The translations under genes were made by a program, and so were the position numbers. A DNA stretch of 64,000 nucleotides from Chloroflexota bacterium. GTDB lineage: Bacteria; Chloroflexota; UBA11872; VXOZ01. This document shows positions 20,376 to 31,173 of the stretch, one piece after another; the first letter of the stretch is position 1, and every line of letters begins with the position of its first letter. Where the stretch lies: positions 2,579,964 to 2,643,963 of the forward strand of contig OZ219802.1 in assembly GCA_964291655.2 (NCBI GenBank). Reading direction: 5' to 3'. Under the pieces are notes generated by a model that worked only from the letters and a program-made list of their open reading frames with translations, did not search any database and was not told the origin of the DNA.

Positions 20376-21058
20376 TGTGCGCCTCCCTTCCGCCGGGCGC
20401 GCTCCGCTAGCTACGTCTCGTGTCTCTTGTAGCATTTTGCTTGGTATTTGATACCCAATTCGCGATCCGTATTCAATGCGAGCCGAACGGCAGTCTCCGT
20501 GTTCGGGATCAGCGCGGGCCTCAATGCATATCCGGGTTTCGGACATCACTTTCCAGTTGGTACAGCACTGCGTTTGACCCATCGGCGAGGATCAGATCGC
20601 GGCGCACGGCGTAGCGCACTCTGCCGCTCATTCTCAATTCCAGAGAATACGCCGTCTCTTTCTCTTCAGGGTACGTACAACGAAGCGCAATCACTACCCT
20701 CTTGACAGTGAGGGCAAGGATCTCTGGGATGCGCTTAGTCAAGTATTCTCTCATGAGAGACTGAAAGGATTCCTGAGCGGCTTGCAGGTTATAGACTTGC
20801 CCTTAGGGGGTGTACGCAAAGCCCATGAAAACCATTCGTGCTGAGGGCTGCGCGAAGCCCCTGTGGAAGCATGAACTGCCCTTCAAAAAGCTCAGGGCGA
20901 ACGTTACTCGTGTAGACAACACCTTTAGAAAAACCCTCTTAGAGTATCCAGTGGTCGGGTGGCATTTCTTGCGGGACACTCAATGTCGTTGGTGCGGCGG
21001 CCACAGCCGCTTTTGCAATTGTAGCAGTTGCTCGTCAAGACAGTAAAGACCATGAGAA

Positions 21059-22651
21059 TCACGCATGGCTTTGCCGTCTCGGCATCCGGTTGTCGGTGCG
21101 GATCAGTTCCTCCATGAGGCGCGCCTTGAGCTCTTGCTTCAGGCTTTCGACTGAGGGGTCGTGCCACAGGTTTTGCAGTTGCCCGGGGTCGTTATGCGTA
21201 TCGAAGAGTTCACCGTACTCCTGTTCGCCGTCATCGCCCACGTAGACGGTCAGTTGATGTGTGTCGGTGACCAGGGAGCGCAGGCGCAGCCCGATATAGT
21301 CCTCGTCATTCTCTATGACGATGGCGTCCTGCACGGATTCCGCCTCTCCCGTAAGCAGCGGCGCGAGCGACTTCCCTGGCAAGGGTGACATCTGCCGCTC
21401 CGCTTCCGGCTGGGGTACACCTTTCATGAAGGGCGGCCCGTATTCCGGCGCCGGCACGCCCGCCAGGTCGAGTAGGGTGGTTGGAATATCCAGGTGCGAC
21501 ACGAGGCTCTGGGATACTTGACCCGCAGGGAACCGCGCCGGCCAGCGCCAGATCGAGGGGATATTCAGCATGCCGTCGAAGTGGAACGGCCCTTTGTTCA
21601 GCAGCCAGTGGTCGCCCAGCAAGTCGCCGTGATCGGCGGTGAAGACGACGACGGTGTTTTCTGCAAGTCCTAGTTCTTCGAGAGAGTCCATTATTCGTCC
21701 GACCTGCTCGTCGATGAAAGACACCATGCCAAAGGTGATGGCCGTGATCTCGCGCATGTGCTCATCCGGCATCTTGGTGGCGAATCGCCGGCCGGACGTC
21801 CATTGGTCGGTCTCGTACATCAGGCGCATGTGCGGCGGCAGGTCGTCAAGTTCGTTGTCGCGCCGGGTCGGCGCCGGAATCGAGTCGCGGTCGTACATGG
21901 AGAACCAGGGATCCGGCGCGGCATAGGGATGGTGCGGATCGGGGAACGAGGCCCACAGCATGAATGGCTGCTCGCGCGCGGCGGCATCCTGCAGATACGC
22001 AATGCTGCGGTCGGCGATCCAGGTGTTGTAATGGTATTCCGGTGGCACGTTGATGCGGTAGGACTGCTCGGCTCCGCTCGCCGCGGGGGTGGACGCCTGG
22101 CGGTTCCAATGAGGAAGGACGTCCGGGTGCTCGCGTTCCAGCCACAGGTAGTGGTTGTCGAAGTTGCCGGGCCCGTGACCGATGGTCAACTCCGTGCTCG
22201 CGAAACCGTAGTAGGGCGTCGGCAGCGACGAGACTTTGCGGTTGCGCCACATCCAGCGGGTCTCGGGAAAGTCGAGGGGGTCCAGGGTCTCCGGGTCCAC
22301 GCCGATGGGTTCGCCTGCCACGCGCACGTGGATCTTGCCGATGCTGTGGGTACGGTAGCCAACGTCCGCGAGCGTGCCGGTGACGGTGGGGAAGGCGGGG
22401 TCCAGGTCAATGCCGTTGGTGCGCACGTTGTGCCCGCGGGGAGTCAGGCCGGTGAGCAGCGTGGAGCGCGAGGGCATGCAAAGCGGGTTATTGACATAAG
22501 CGCGAGTGAGGAGTGCGCCGCCGGCCGCGAGCCGATCGAGGTTGGGAGTTTGCAGCGGCGTGTTGTCCCGCCAGTCGCGCCAGGCGCAGCGCATGTTGTC
22601 GCCGCGCATCTGGTCGGTGAGGATGATGAGGAAATTCGGTTGGTCGCTCAT
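21059..22651 (-). CDS. Formylglycine-dependent sulfatase
   Basis: PNFLIILTDQ, TPNLDRLA, CMPSRSTLLTG (CxPxR), GKIH and FTADHGD motifs. Confidence 0.93.
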   Translation of the reverse strand: MSDQPNFLIILTDQMRGDNMRCAWRDWRDNTPLQTPNLDRLAAGGALLTRAYVNNPLCMPSRSTLLTGLTPRGHNVRTNGIDLDPAFPTVTGTLADVGYRTHSIGKIHVRVAGEPIGVDPETLDPLDFPETRWMWRNRKVSSLPTPYYGFASTELTIGHGPGNFDNHYLWLEREHPDVLPHWNRQASTPAASGAEQSYRINVPPEYHYNTWIADRSIAYLQDAAAREQPFMLWASFPDPHHPYAAPDPWFSMYDRDSIPAPTRRDNELDDLPPHMRLMYETDQWTSGRRFATKMPDEHMREITAITFGMVSFIDEQVGRIMDSLEELGLAENTVVVFTADHGDLLGDHWLLNKGPFHFDGMLNIPSIWRWPARFPAGQVSQSLVSHLDIPTTLLDLAGVPAPEYGPPFMKGVPQPEAERQMSPLPGKSLAPLLTGEAESVQDAIVIENDEDYIGLRLRSLVTDTHQLTVYVGDDGEQEYGELFDTHNDPGQLQNLWHDPSVESLKQELKARLMEELIRTDNRMPRRQSHA

Positions 22652-22918
22652 GGAGGTGCTCCTTTGTCAGTCTTTTGGCTTTGAAAGTAGGGCTTCCAGG
22701 AAGCCGCTTTTTTGTTTGTTTCTCGCTTCGTGCCACGCAGAAACCGTAGGTCACACTTGTAAAGAGTATATACCTGTCGGTGTTGGACTGGTCATGTCAC
22801 TGCAAGACGAATGCTGTGGCGATGGCTTTCCCTAACTTCGCGCTGGATTTAAGGTGGGTGCTGTCTCAATGTCTTCAACTCATGAGAAGATCTCTCAGCG
22901 CATGGTTGAGTTGCAAAG

Positions 22919-23029
22919 ATGGATTCCCGCGTGCGCGGGAATGACGAATCGGTTGGCGGTCCTATACACACTGCAAAATGGGCGGGTTCGGATAGCCCTC
23001 TCCCGGGGGAGAGGGTTTGGGTGAGGGCG
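22919..23029. repeat. Family-F palindrome (ATGGATTCCCGC..GCGGGAATGAC, dRS3-like) and family-G hairpin (CCCTCTCCCGGGGGAGAGGGTTTGGGTGAGGG)
   Basis: Family F also at about 24789, 41996, 46006, 46608 and 60921. Family G also at about 24758-24932, 25021, 25142, 32110 and 43378-43720. Confidence 0.8.
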
Positions 23030-23079
23030 ACCGACCGACAGTGTCGACGTGCCAGGCACATTTGAGAGTTTGCTCGGCA

Positions 23080-23108
23080 TTGAAGCGCCTGCACCCTAAG
23101 AATATAAT
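23080..23108 (+). promoter_or_regulatory. Sigma70-type promoter of the first duplicated oxidoreductase
   Basis: TTGAAG-17 nt-TATAAT, conserved in the duplicate copy. Confidence 0.7.
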
Positions 23109-23203
23109 TGCCCTAATACACTTCCCGGGCGTGGAATGCCAGCCAACCTACATCTCGCCGCGATTTGGCTGCGCCACGACCTTACCCAAGGAGCGAATTC
23201 CCC

Positions 23204-24244
23204 ATGAGTACCGCGCGTCGCGCCAGGTTAGCCTTCATCGGTTGTGGCTCCTTTGCCACGGCCTCGATCTTTCCTCAGATTCAGCTCATTCCCGAGATCG
23301 ACCTTGTCGCCGTGTGCGACCTCGACGAAGAAAAAGCGCAGCGCAACGCCCGCAACTTCGGCGCGCGCCGGGTTTACACCGATATGGAAAAGATGCTCGA
23401 TACCGAAGAGTTGGATGGTGTCTTCACCATCGGTCCGGCGCCGCAGCAGTACCGGCTTGCGCCGGTGGTGCTCAAGCGCGGTCTGCCGGTGTACGTGGAG
23501 AAGCCGTCGGCCAATACCTCGGCGGAGGCCAAGGAACTGGCTGAATTGGCCGAGGCGAACGGCACGTGGGGCCAGGTGGGCTTCATGAAGCGCTTCGCCG
23601 ACGTCTATCGGATTGCCAAGGAAGTCATTGCCCGTCCCGAATTTGGCGGCCTGCACGTGCTCAAGGTCAAGTTCGGCCAGGGGAAGTATCCGCAAATCTG
23701 GGGCATCGACTCCGCCAAGCGGGCGTTTCTCATCGGCCAGTGCGTGCATATCCTTGACCTGGTGCGCTTCTTCGGCGGCGATGTGCGCGCCGTAAACGCG
23801 CTCTACTATGAGGTCGGCCCGCAAAACTTCTCCTATCTCATCAACCTGGAGTTTGTGAACGGCACGGTCGGCCACATGGACATTAATACGCTCGATTCCA
23901 AGGTGGGGACCCGCGACATCATCGAGACGCTGGAACTCATCGGCATGGAGACCCACGTGGTGTGTGAGGATATGATGAAGGTCAAGTACCAACCCCAAGA
24001 GGCGTGGTCGGCAGAAGCGCCGCGCCTCGGCCGGTATAACTTCACTCTGGAACCCTCGTGGACCGGCCTTTCGATCAGCAAGCGCAACTTCGGCTATACC
24101 GGCGAGGTGGAGCACTTCGCCCGCCGCTGCCTGGGACTGGAAACCAGCGGCCCCGACCTCTGGGACAGCTACAAGGCGCTCACGTTCGGGGAAGCGGTGT
24201 ATAAGAGCTCCCACGGCGGCGGCCGGGTGCTGGTGGAACAGTAG
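23204..24244 (+). CDS. Gfo/Idh/MocA family oxidoreductase, copy 1
   Basis: LAFIGCG and VYVEKP motifs. SD AAGGAG. Highly similar to 25353..26393. Confidence 0.9.
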   Translation: MSTARRARLAFIGCGSFATASIFPQIQLIPEIDLVAVCDLDEEKAQRNARNFGARRVYTDMEKMLDTEELDGVFTIGPAPQQYRLAPVVLKRGLPVYVEKPSANTSAEAKELAELAEANGTWGQVGFMKRFADVYRIAKEVIARPEFGGLHVLKVKFGQGKYPQIWGIDSAKRAFLIGQCVHILDLVRFFGGDVRAVNALYYEVGPQNFSYLINLEFVNGTVGHMDINTLDSKVGTRDIIETLELIGMETHVVCEDMMKVKYQPQEAWSAEAPRLGRYNFTLEPSWTGLSISKRNFGYTGEVEHFARRCLGLETSGPDLWDSYKALTFGEAVYKSSHGGGRVLVEQ

Positions 24245-24252
24245 GCGCCATC

Positions 24253-24516
24253 GAGACCCTTGCGTAACCCAAGCGGAAGCAAGCGGGTGCCCTCTCCCTT
24301 TACTGGTGAGGGCAAGAGTCTGCCCCGTACTCGATGCAGCGTATCGACACGATACGGGTGTGAGGGTGAATCTCATGCATTGTCTACAAGTGCGTGCCAA
24401 TTTCTAGGTGGCACCTCTTGACGCCGCACACTTTATGAGGCCATTGCAGCCAAGAGACCCCTCACTCCAAGGAGAGGGAGTGCCTTTGCCTGAAAGTGGG
24501 GCTCTGTAAGGGTCTC
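24253..24516. mobile_element. MITE (non-autonomous), TIR GAGACCCTT(G/A)C, 4-bp TSD CATC
   Basis: CATC|GAGACCCTTGCG...TGTAAGGGTCTC|CATC. Internal sequence homologous to 43403-43636. Confidence 0.75.
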
Positions 24517-24909
24517 CATCGCTGGACAGAGAGGTTGCTCGCGCTGGACAAAGGGTTTTCTCGCGTAGGTGGATTAGCGGCATTGCGGAAACTTGTGGAA
24601 TTCGCTGTGCACTGAGCAAGCCCGCCTGGTATCGCACAAGAGGCGGGGGACAAGCCCCCGCGCTACGGCAGGAAGTGCCGCACATTCCGCTACGCCCACG
24701 TGAGTGACGGACCAGTCGGTGACTCTCTAGGCAATGCAAACCGAGGACGACCGGAAAGCCCTCTCCCGGAAAGACCGTTGCGTAACTCCGTCATTCCGGC
24801 GCAAGCCGGAATCCAGAGCGCCTTGATAGCTAGAGATAGCATGATGTTAAGTCGATTCACGCCCATCCCAACCTTCCCCCCAAAGGTGAAGGGCTATGCA
24901 AAGATCCCT

Positions 24910-25176
24910 GGGGGAGAGGGTTTGGGTGAGGGCGAGCGGGGCGGCGGTGGGAGCGCCGCCGGAGGACAACAGTTGAGCAAGTAGTTGATTGACCAACCCC
25001 GTTGAACGATTCCGATCGAGGCCCTCTCCCGGGGGAGAGGGTTTGGGTGAAGACGTGCGGGGCGGCGGGGGGAGCGCCGCCGGAGGAAAACAGTTGAGAA
25101 AATAGTTGATTGACCAATCCCGTTGAAAGATTTCGATCGAGGCCCTCTCCCGGGGGAGAGGGTTTGGGTGAGGGCG
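24910..25176. repeat. 121-bp tandem duplication delimited by family-G REPs
   Basis: GGGGGAGAGGGTTTGGGTGA at 24910, 25031 and 25152. The two intervening segments are near-identical. Confidence 0.8.
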
Positions 25177-25227
25177 AATGATCGTAAGTGCTGCCATGTC
25201 CGGGCAAGTGTGAGGGACAGCCCGGCA

Positions 25228-25256
25228 TTGATGTGCTTGCAGCCTGGGAATATAAT
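25228..25256 (+). promoter_or_regulatory. Sigma70-type promoter of the second duplicated oxidoreductase
   Basis: TTGATG-17 nt-TATAAT. Confidence 0.7.
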
Positions 25257-25352
25257 TGCCGTAATACTCTTGACGGTGCAATTGGGCAGCCCACGAGAGC
25301 TTCCCCCCAGAGCGCTTGCACCGTGTCCCCCATCGCAAGGAGCGAAATCCCC

Positions 25353-26393
25353 ATGAGTACCGAGCGCCGAGCCAGACTTGCCTTCATCGGTTGTGGTTCA
25401 TTTGCCACGGCCTCGATCTTTCCTCAGATTCAACTTATTCCCGAAATTGACCTCGTTGCCGTCTGCGACATCGACGAAGAAAAGGCCCAGCGCAACGCTC
25501 GCAACTTTGGGGCGCGGCGTGTTTATACCGACATGGAAAAGATGCTCGATACTGAAGAGTTGGACGGCGTCTTCACCATCGGTCCGGCGCCGCAGCAGTA
25601 TCAGCTGGCGCCGGTGGTGCTCAAGCGCGGCCTGCCGGTTTACACGGAGAAGCCGTCGGCCAATACTTCGGCTGAGGCAAAGGAACTGGCCGAACTCGCA
25701 GAGGCGAATAACACGTGGGGCCAGGTGGGCTTCATGAAGCGCTTCGCCGACGTGTACACCATCGCCAAGGAGATTGTGGCGCGGCCGGAGTTTGGCGGGC
25801 TGCACGTGCTCAAGGTCAAGTTCGGGCAGGGCAAGTATCCGCAGATTTGGGGTATTGACTCCGCCAAGCGCGCGTTTCTCATTGGCCAGTGCGTGCACAT
25901 CTTCGACTTGGTGCGCTTCTTTGGCGGGGACGTGCGCGCCGTTAACGCCCTCTACTATGAGGTGGGACCGCAGAATTTCTCGTATCTCATCAATCTGGAG
26001 TTTGTGAACGGTACCGTCGGCCAGATGGATATTAATACGCTCGATTCTAAGGTAGCTTTCCGTGACATCATCGAGACGCTGGAGCTGATTGGGTTTGAAA
26101 ACCACGTAGTGTGTGAAGACATGATGAAGGTCACGTACCAGCCCCGCGAGGAGTGGACGCAAGAAGCGCCGGGCTTCGGCCGCTATAACTACACGCTCGA
26201 CCCCTCCTGGACCGGCCTAGGACGCAGCCAGATTAACTACGGCTACACCGGTGAGGTGCGCCACTTCGCGCGCCGTTGCCTGGGCCTGGAAACCAGCGGC
26301 CCCGACCTCTGGGATAGCTACAAGTCCCTCACGTTCGGCGAAGCGGTGTATACAAGCTCCCACGGCGGCGGCCGGGTGCTGGTGGAGCAGTAG
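25353..26393 (+). CDS. Gfo/Idh/MocA family oxidoreductase, copy 2
   Basis: Same length and motifs as copy 1; differences concentrate in the C-terminal third. Confidence 0.9.
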   Translation: MSTERRARLAFIGCGSFATASIFPQIQLIPEIDLVAVCDIDEEKAQRNARNFGARRVYTDMEKMLDTEELDGVFTIGPAPQQYQLAPVVLKRGLPVYTEKPSANTSAEAKELAELAEANNTWGQVGFMKRFADVYTIAKEIVARPEFGGLHVLKVKFGQGKYPQIWGIDSAKRAFLIGQCVHIFDLVRFFGGDVRAVNALYYEVGPQNFSYLINLEFVNGTVGQMDINTLDSKVAFRDIIETLELIGFENHVVCEDMMKVTYQPREEWTQEAPGFGRYNYTLDPSWTGLGRSQINYGYTGEVRHFARRCLGLETSGPDLWDSYKSLTFGEAVYTSSHGGGRVLVEQ

Positions 26394-26708
26394 GCGCTGC
26401 TGCTGAACGGAGAAGCGATCCGCACAACTGTAGTTTGGGCACTGCAGCACCGAAGGGACTATCGCAGTAATCTGAGCAGTTCGGACTTGCTTTGCTTAAA
26501 GAGCGGGGGCCGAGCCCCCGCGCTACGAAGTTACTGCTAGCCTTGAGCCAAATAGGTGGAAGGTTTGGGGGAACATGGTGATGGCGGCAGCTCCGGTAGC
26601 GCAGGTTTGTAACCTGCGTCTGCTTGGCGGGAATTGCTATTGGGTCATTTCAACGTGGCTATTTTCGCGTTTCGTCAAGTCAATTGACCTAGCGCGTCTT
26701 GGCACGAT

Positions 26709-28819
26709 TTGGAAAGGAAGTTGTTGAGGAAGTCGAGACTCACAGTGGAGAAGCTCGCAGTCTGCGTGCTTGTCTTGGCTGGCGCGCTGCTGCTGATGGG
26801 TGCGTCAGCCGGTTTTGAGACGCAGACGCCTACTCCGGTGTCCTTCCCGTCCAAGGTGGTGTGGACGCCGGATGGGAAGCACATCATCTTTTCTCACGAA
26901 TTTCAAGGCATCTTTATGGTGGATAGGGCAGGCTCGGAGTTGCGGGCGATACCGGAGGATGCGCCGCTGGGGACGCCTTCATCTCCGGGCTATGCCTTGC
27001 CTGCGGTCTCACCTGATGGAACGCGGCTGGCCTATGTGGCGCGGCCTAGCGCACCAGGAAAGAGCGCCGCGATCATGGTGTCGGCGCTGGATGGGACAGG
27101 CGCGCGGAGGCTGACGCAAGACGAAAGGTTCAATACCTACCCGGCGTGGTCGCCGGATGGGGAGGAGATCGCCTACATCGCGGACGGCCAGCTCACTGTC
27201 ATGCGTGCCGATGGGACGAACGTGAGTGTGCTCGCGCCGTCGGTGCAGGCGGTGAACGCCGCATTGGCATGGTCGCCGGACAGCAGCCGCATTGCCTTTG
27301 TGGGGGAACAACCATACTCCGTACATCGTGCTGTCTTCATGGTTAGGCCAGATGGCACTGAACTGACCAATCTAGCAGCAACGGTAAGCGTGCCGTCATG
27401 GTCGCCTGACGGCAGCCGCATTGCATTCTTGATGCCGGAAGACTATGGGAGTGTAAGCCTTTTCACTTTGGACAATGAAGGCAATGATCTACAGCGAGCG
27501 TGGTCGCTGGGTCGGACCGATGTGCGACGTCCGTGGTCATTAGTGATAACCAACAGGTGGTTCGGCAACCTCTCTTGGTCACCAGATGGTTCCGCAGTCC
27601 TCTACGTTTCCGATGTTGGCAATGTCGAAGTCGTTAGCCTAGATTATGCGAATGAGATGCTGCGCTTCCTTTTTGAAGATACCGCTGGGACTACGCCGCA
27701 GAAAGGTCTCCCGGGAGGTACACTAGCCCGCGCGCCCGGCAGATGGGCGGCATGGAACCCCGACAGCTCGCGGATTGCCGTCCTTTCCAGTAATTATCAA
27801 GACAGTCTTTTCAATCCCACTCACGGGGATGAGATCTATACGATGGCGCGAGATGCGGCGCTGAAGCGAGTCTTGGTGCACAGGGAAGGTGCGCGACTAG
27901 GGGCAGAGCATCCCAATTGGTACGACACAGCGCACAACATTGCGGCGTGTTCAGAGGGTTTCGTCATGCCTGACCCGGAGGAGAATGCAGGCTTGGTGCA
28001 GGACTGCGAGATTCTGATGGCGATACGCGATGAACTGGCCGGAGATTTCCTGCTGAACTGGAGCTCGACCGTACCCATGCTTGAGTGGTTGGGTGTCGGC
28101 TATTTCCCTAATTTCTTGCTCTATAGGTCTGACGAAATAAGAGAATTGCGAGTGACTATTCTGTACCTTAGGGGTAGGGGGGACGTTGATCGCTATTCAG
28201 GTCGGTTGATGCTCTTTGCTGGTTTGCATAAGAAGGATGACCGGGGGGGGGGGGCATTGCATACGAGATTGATATTGGAACCATTGGGTTGAATGGGAGC
28301 ATTCCGAAAGAGCTAAGCAAACTGACTAAGCTCTGGTTGGTTGAACTCAGCTACAACAGACTAAGCGGAAGCATCCCACCTCAGTTGGCTGAACTCACCG
28401 ACCTCATGCACTTGGCCCTTGATCACAATAACCTCAGTGGGAGCATCCCGCCTGAATTGTCAAGGTTTCCCCATTTGATGCGGTTGGATCTTAGCGGCAA
28501 TAGCTTGACCGGAAACCTACCACCGGAATTGGCCAATCCCCGTTTACTGAATGTGCTGAACCTTAGCCACAACAGGCTGAGCGGAGAAATTCCACCAGAG
28601 CTAGGTAGCGGGAGATATGACTTGCTAGACCTAAGCCACAACGAGTTGAGCGGAAGCATCCCACCGGAACTTGCCAATGTCGTTTATGTTACTCCAGAGA
28701 CATGGGGAACAGTGAGACTACATGGGAATCCATTATCGGGATGTATGCCGAGAAGGTGGGAAGTATATGCGAACGGTTCCGATGGCATTCATGAAGACTT
28801 GGAATTCTGCGCTGAGTGA
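26709..28819 (+). pseudogene. Secreted TolB/PD40 beta-propeller + plant-type LRR protein, frameshifted at a G12 tract (ORFs 26709..28292 and 28289..28819)
   Basis: WSPDG repeats, LRR cap (LVQDCEIL..LNWS) and GSIPPEL LRRs lie in two frames joined at G12 (28243-28254). The intact paralog is immediately downstream. Confidence 0.8.
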
Positions 28820-28982
28820 CACCAAGTCGGGTTCTCTCGTAGCGCAGGTACGCACGGGACGTGCGCGTAACCTGTGACAGTCTGGCGGAAAAGTCCACCA
28901 ATTCACCAGAGATTCGGCTGCCACTTGTTTGGCAAGGCATTTGGCGATGCGCGTGCTTGGGGAGTTATAGGAGTGTAAGACT

Positions 28983-30902
28983 ATGAAGCAACTGAGGCTC
29001 CTAGTTAGTAAGTTCGCGCTCTGCTTACTCCTGCTGGGGAGCACAGTGGTTTTGCTGGGGGCGTCTCCCGGTGGTGAGCCGCAAGCGCCGTCGGCGCCTG
29101 AGATGTTTCCGTCCAAGGTGGTTTGGACGCCGGATGGGCAGCACATCATCTTCTCCCGTGGGTTCCAGGGCATCTTCATAGTAGACCGGGCAGGGTCGGA
29201 GTTGCGGTCGATACCGGAGGATGCACCGCTGGGGACGGTGGCAGCGCCCGGTTATGCCTTGCCTGCGCTCTCGCCCGACGGCACTAGCCTAGCTTTCGTT
29301 GCGCCACTAGGGGGACAGAGCGCGGCGATCATGGTGTCGGCGCTGAATGGGACGGGAATGCGTAGGCTGACCCAGGACGAGCGATTCAACACCTACCCCG
29401 CATGGTCGCCCAATGGGAAAGAGATTGCCTACATTTCAAACGGCAAGCTGACGGTCATGCGTGCTGATGGGACGAGCGCGCGGGTGCTTGCGCCGTCGGT
29501 GAAAGTGGTGAATGCTGCACCGGTGTGGTCGCCATTCGGCAATCGCATTGCCTTTGTGGGCATTCAAGATCATCCGGTGCTTCGTTATGCGGTCTACACG
29601 GTGCGGCCGGATGGGACGGAACGGACCAATTTGGGAGCGACGGTGAGTGTGCCGTCGTGGTCGCCGGGTGGATGGCGCATTGCCTTCCTGGTGCCAGGTG
29701 ATAGATCGCCTTGGGCGTTGGTAGGAGATATCCGCCTATATACTTTGGACATACTTCGGAATGATCTGCTTGAAGTGTGGCCGCTGGATGTAGCGGGCAT
29801 TTGGGCAGACAGCCTGTCGTGGTCACCTGACGGCTCGGCTGTTCACTTCGCGTCCTCCCGTGGCGAGGTCGTCGTCGTCAGTCTGGACATAAGTGCAGAG
29901 GGAATTTTCTCTGACAGCGTATCTCTATTTGATAACAGAAGTCGAAGAGCAGGTTCAGCAGGACCTAACGCTACTACTCTTCCGCCACGAGTGTACCCAG
30001 GCGATGTACTGATCCGTACCGCTGGCAGGTGGGCCGCATGGTCTCCCGACGGTTCACGAGTTGTCATCTTGAAGGGCATTAACGGCAGTGGCGAGAATGA
30101 CACAACCAAAATAGAGACAGTCTTTACACTTTCGCGCATCGGGTTGCTCAAGCGCACATTGGTACGGAGCGATGGCGAGAGTTTGGTAGCAAGTTACCCA
30201 GGTTGGTATGATGTCCAAAGCAACGTGGCCGCCTGCTCGGCAGGATACGTCGTGCCCGATCCAAGCGAGCATGCAGAGCTCGTGCGGGACTGTGAAACCT
30301 TGATGGTGGTACGGGACAAGCTGGCCGGGGACTTTCTGCTAAACTGGAGCGCCGAAACTCCCATCACCGACTGGTGGGGCATTAAAATACGCAGATTCAA
30401 ACCCTTCCGCGTTGAAGCCCTGGATCTTTCAGGCGTGAAGTGGATGTATGGCTTTTCGCATTGGATCAGACCTCTGTTGCTTTTTCCCGCCATTGTAGGG
30501 GTTCCCGTTGATTACAATGGTCCGGCTTTGACCGGATTCATCCCACCGGAGTTAGGAAACTTGACCGGCCCGTGGACCTTGTCCTTGAGTTACAATCGCC
30601 TGCGGGGCGGCATTCCACCGGAACTGGGCAAGCTTACAAGCTTACGGCACTTGGATCTCGCCAAAAGTGGCGTGTCCGGAAGCCTACCGGCGGAAATAGG
30701 CAATCTCATCCACCTGGATACTCTCTACCTTAGCAGCAATAGTCTGAGCGGGAGCATTCCACCGGAGTTGGGCAAGCTCCGATTGCTACGGGACTTGTCA
30801 TTTGTCAAGAGCGGTCTGACTGGTTGTGTCCCGAGGACGCTGACCAGCGGCGACTATGTTGTAGCTTGGGATTTTGGAGAGCTGGAATACTGCACTGAGT
30901 GA
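28983..30902 (+). CDS. Secreted TolB/PD40 beta-propeller + plant-type LRR protein (intact)
   Basis: Signal peptide, WSPDG/WSPNG repeats, LVRDCETL..LNWS cap and GxIPPELGxL LRRs. Confidence 0.85.
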   Translation: MKQLRLLVSKFALCLLLLGSTVVLLGASPGGEPQAPSAPEMFPSKVVWTPDGQHIIFSRGFQGIFIVDRAGSELRSIPEDAPLGTVAAPGYALPALSPDGTSLAFVAPLGGQSAAIMVSALNGTGMRRLTQDERFNTYPAWSPNGKEIAYISNGKLTVMRADGTSARVLAPSVKVVNAAPVWSPFGNRIAFVGIQDHPVLRYAVYTVRPDGTERTNLGATVSVPSWSPGGWRIAFLVPGDRSPWALVGDIRLYTLDILRNDLLEVWPLDVAGIWADSLSWSPDGSAVHFASSRGEVVVVSLDISAEGIFSDSVSLFDNRSRRAGSAGPNATTLPPRVYPGDVLIRTAGRWAAWSPDGSRVVILKGINGSGENDTTKIETVFTLSRIGLLKRTLVRSDGESLVASYPGWYDVQSNVAACSAGYVVPDPSEHAELVRDCETLMVVRDKLAGDFLLNWSAETPITDWWGIKIRRFKPFRVEALDLSGVKWMYGFSHWIRPLLLFPAIVGVPVDYNGPALTGFIPPELGNLTGPWTLSLSYNRLRGGIPPELGKLTSLRHLDLAKSGVSGSLPAEIGNLIHLDTLYLSSNSLSGSIPPELGKLRLLRDLSFVKSGLTGCVPRTLTSGDYVVAWDFGELEYCTE

Positions 30903-31173
30903 CGGCAGAATAGCGAAAGCCGAAACTTCGCGCTGAGGCACATAAAAATCTTGGGCTCAAGCGAAGTACCGCAGAAGCAAGTCCCCATGATACTGTCTTG
31001 AAGTCGTAGCTTAGAACAAGGGTGAGCGTTCGTAGCCTTAGACCCGGTAGCGCGGGTTCGCACGCGCCGTGCGCGCAACTTGCGTTCCGTCTCGCGAAAA
31101 AGAGTGTATAATCACCGGAGATGAGTCTGATATTGGTTGTACTTAGGAGAGTCTTTGAGAAGGAGTGAGCCTA

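Noticed and set aside
24847-25408. 163-aa and 183-aa minus-strand ORFs, and a CRISPR-like look of the 121-bp units
   Set aside because: The ORFs are translations of REP and tandem DNA (PHPNPLP, SPKPSPPGEG), and the inter-repeat segments are duplicates rather than unique spacers.
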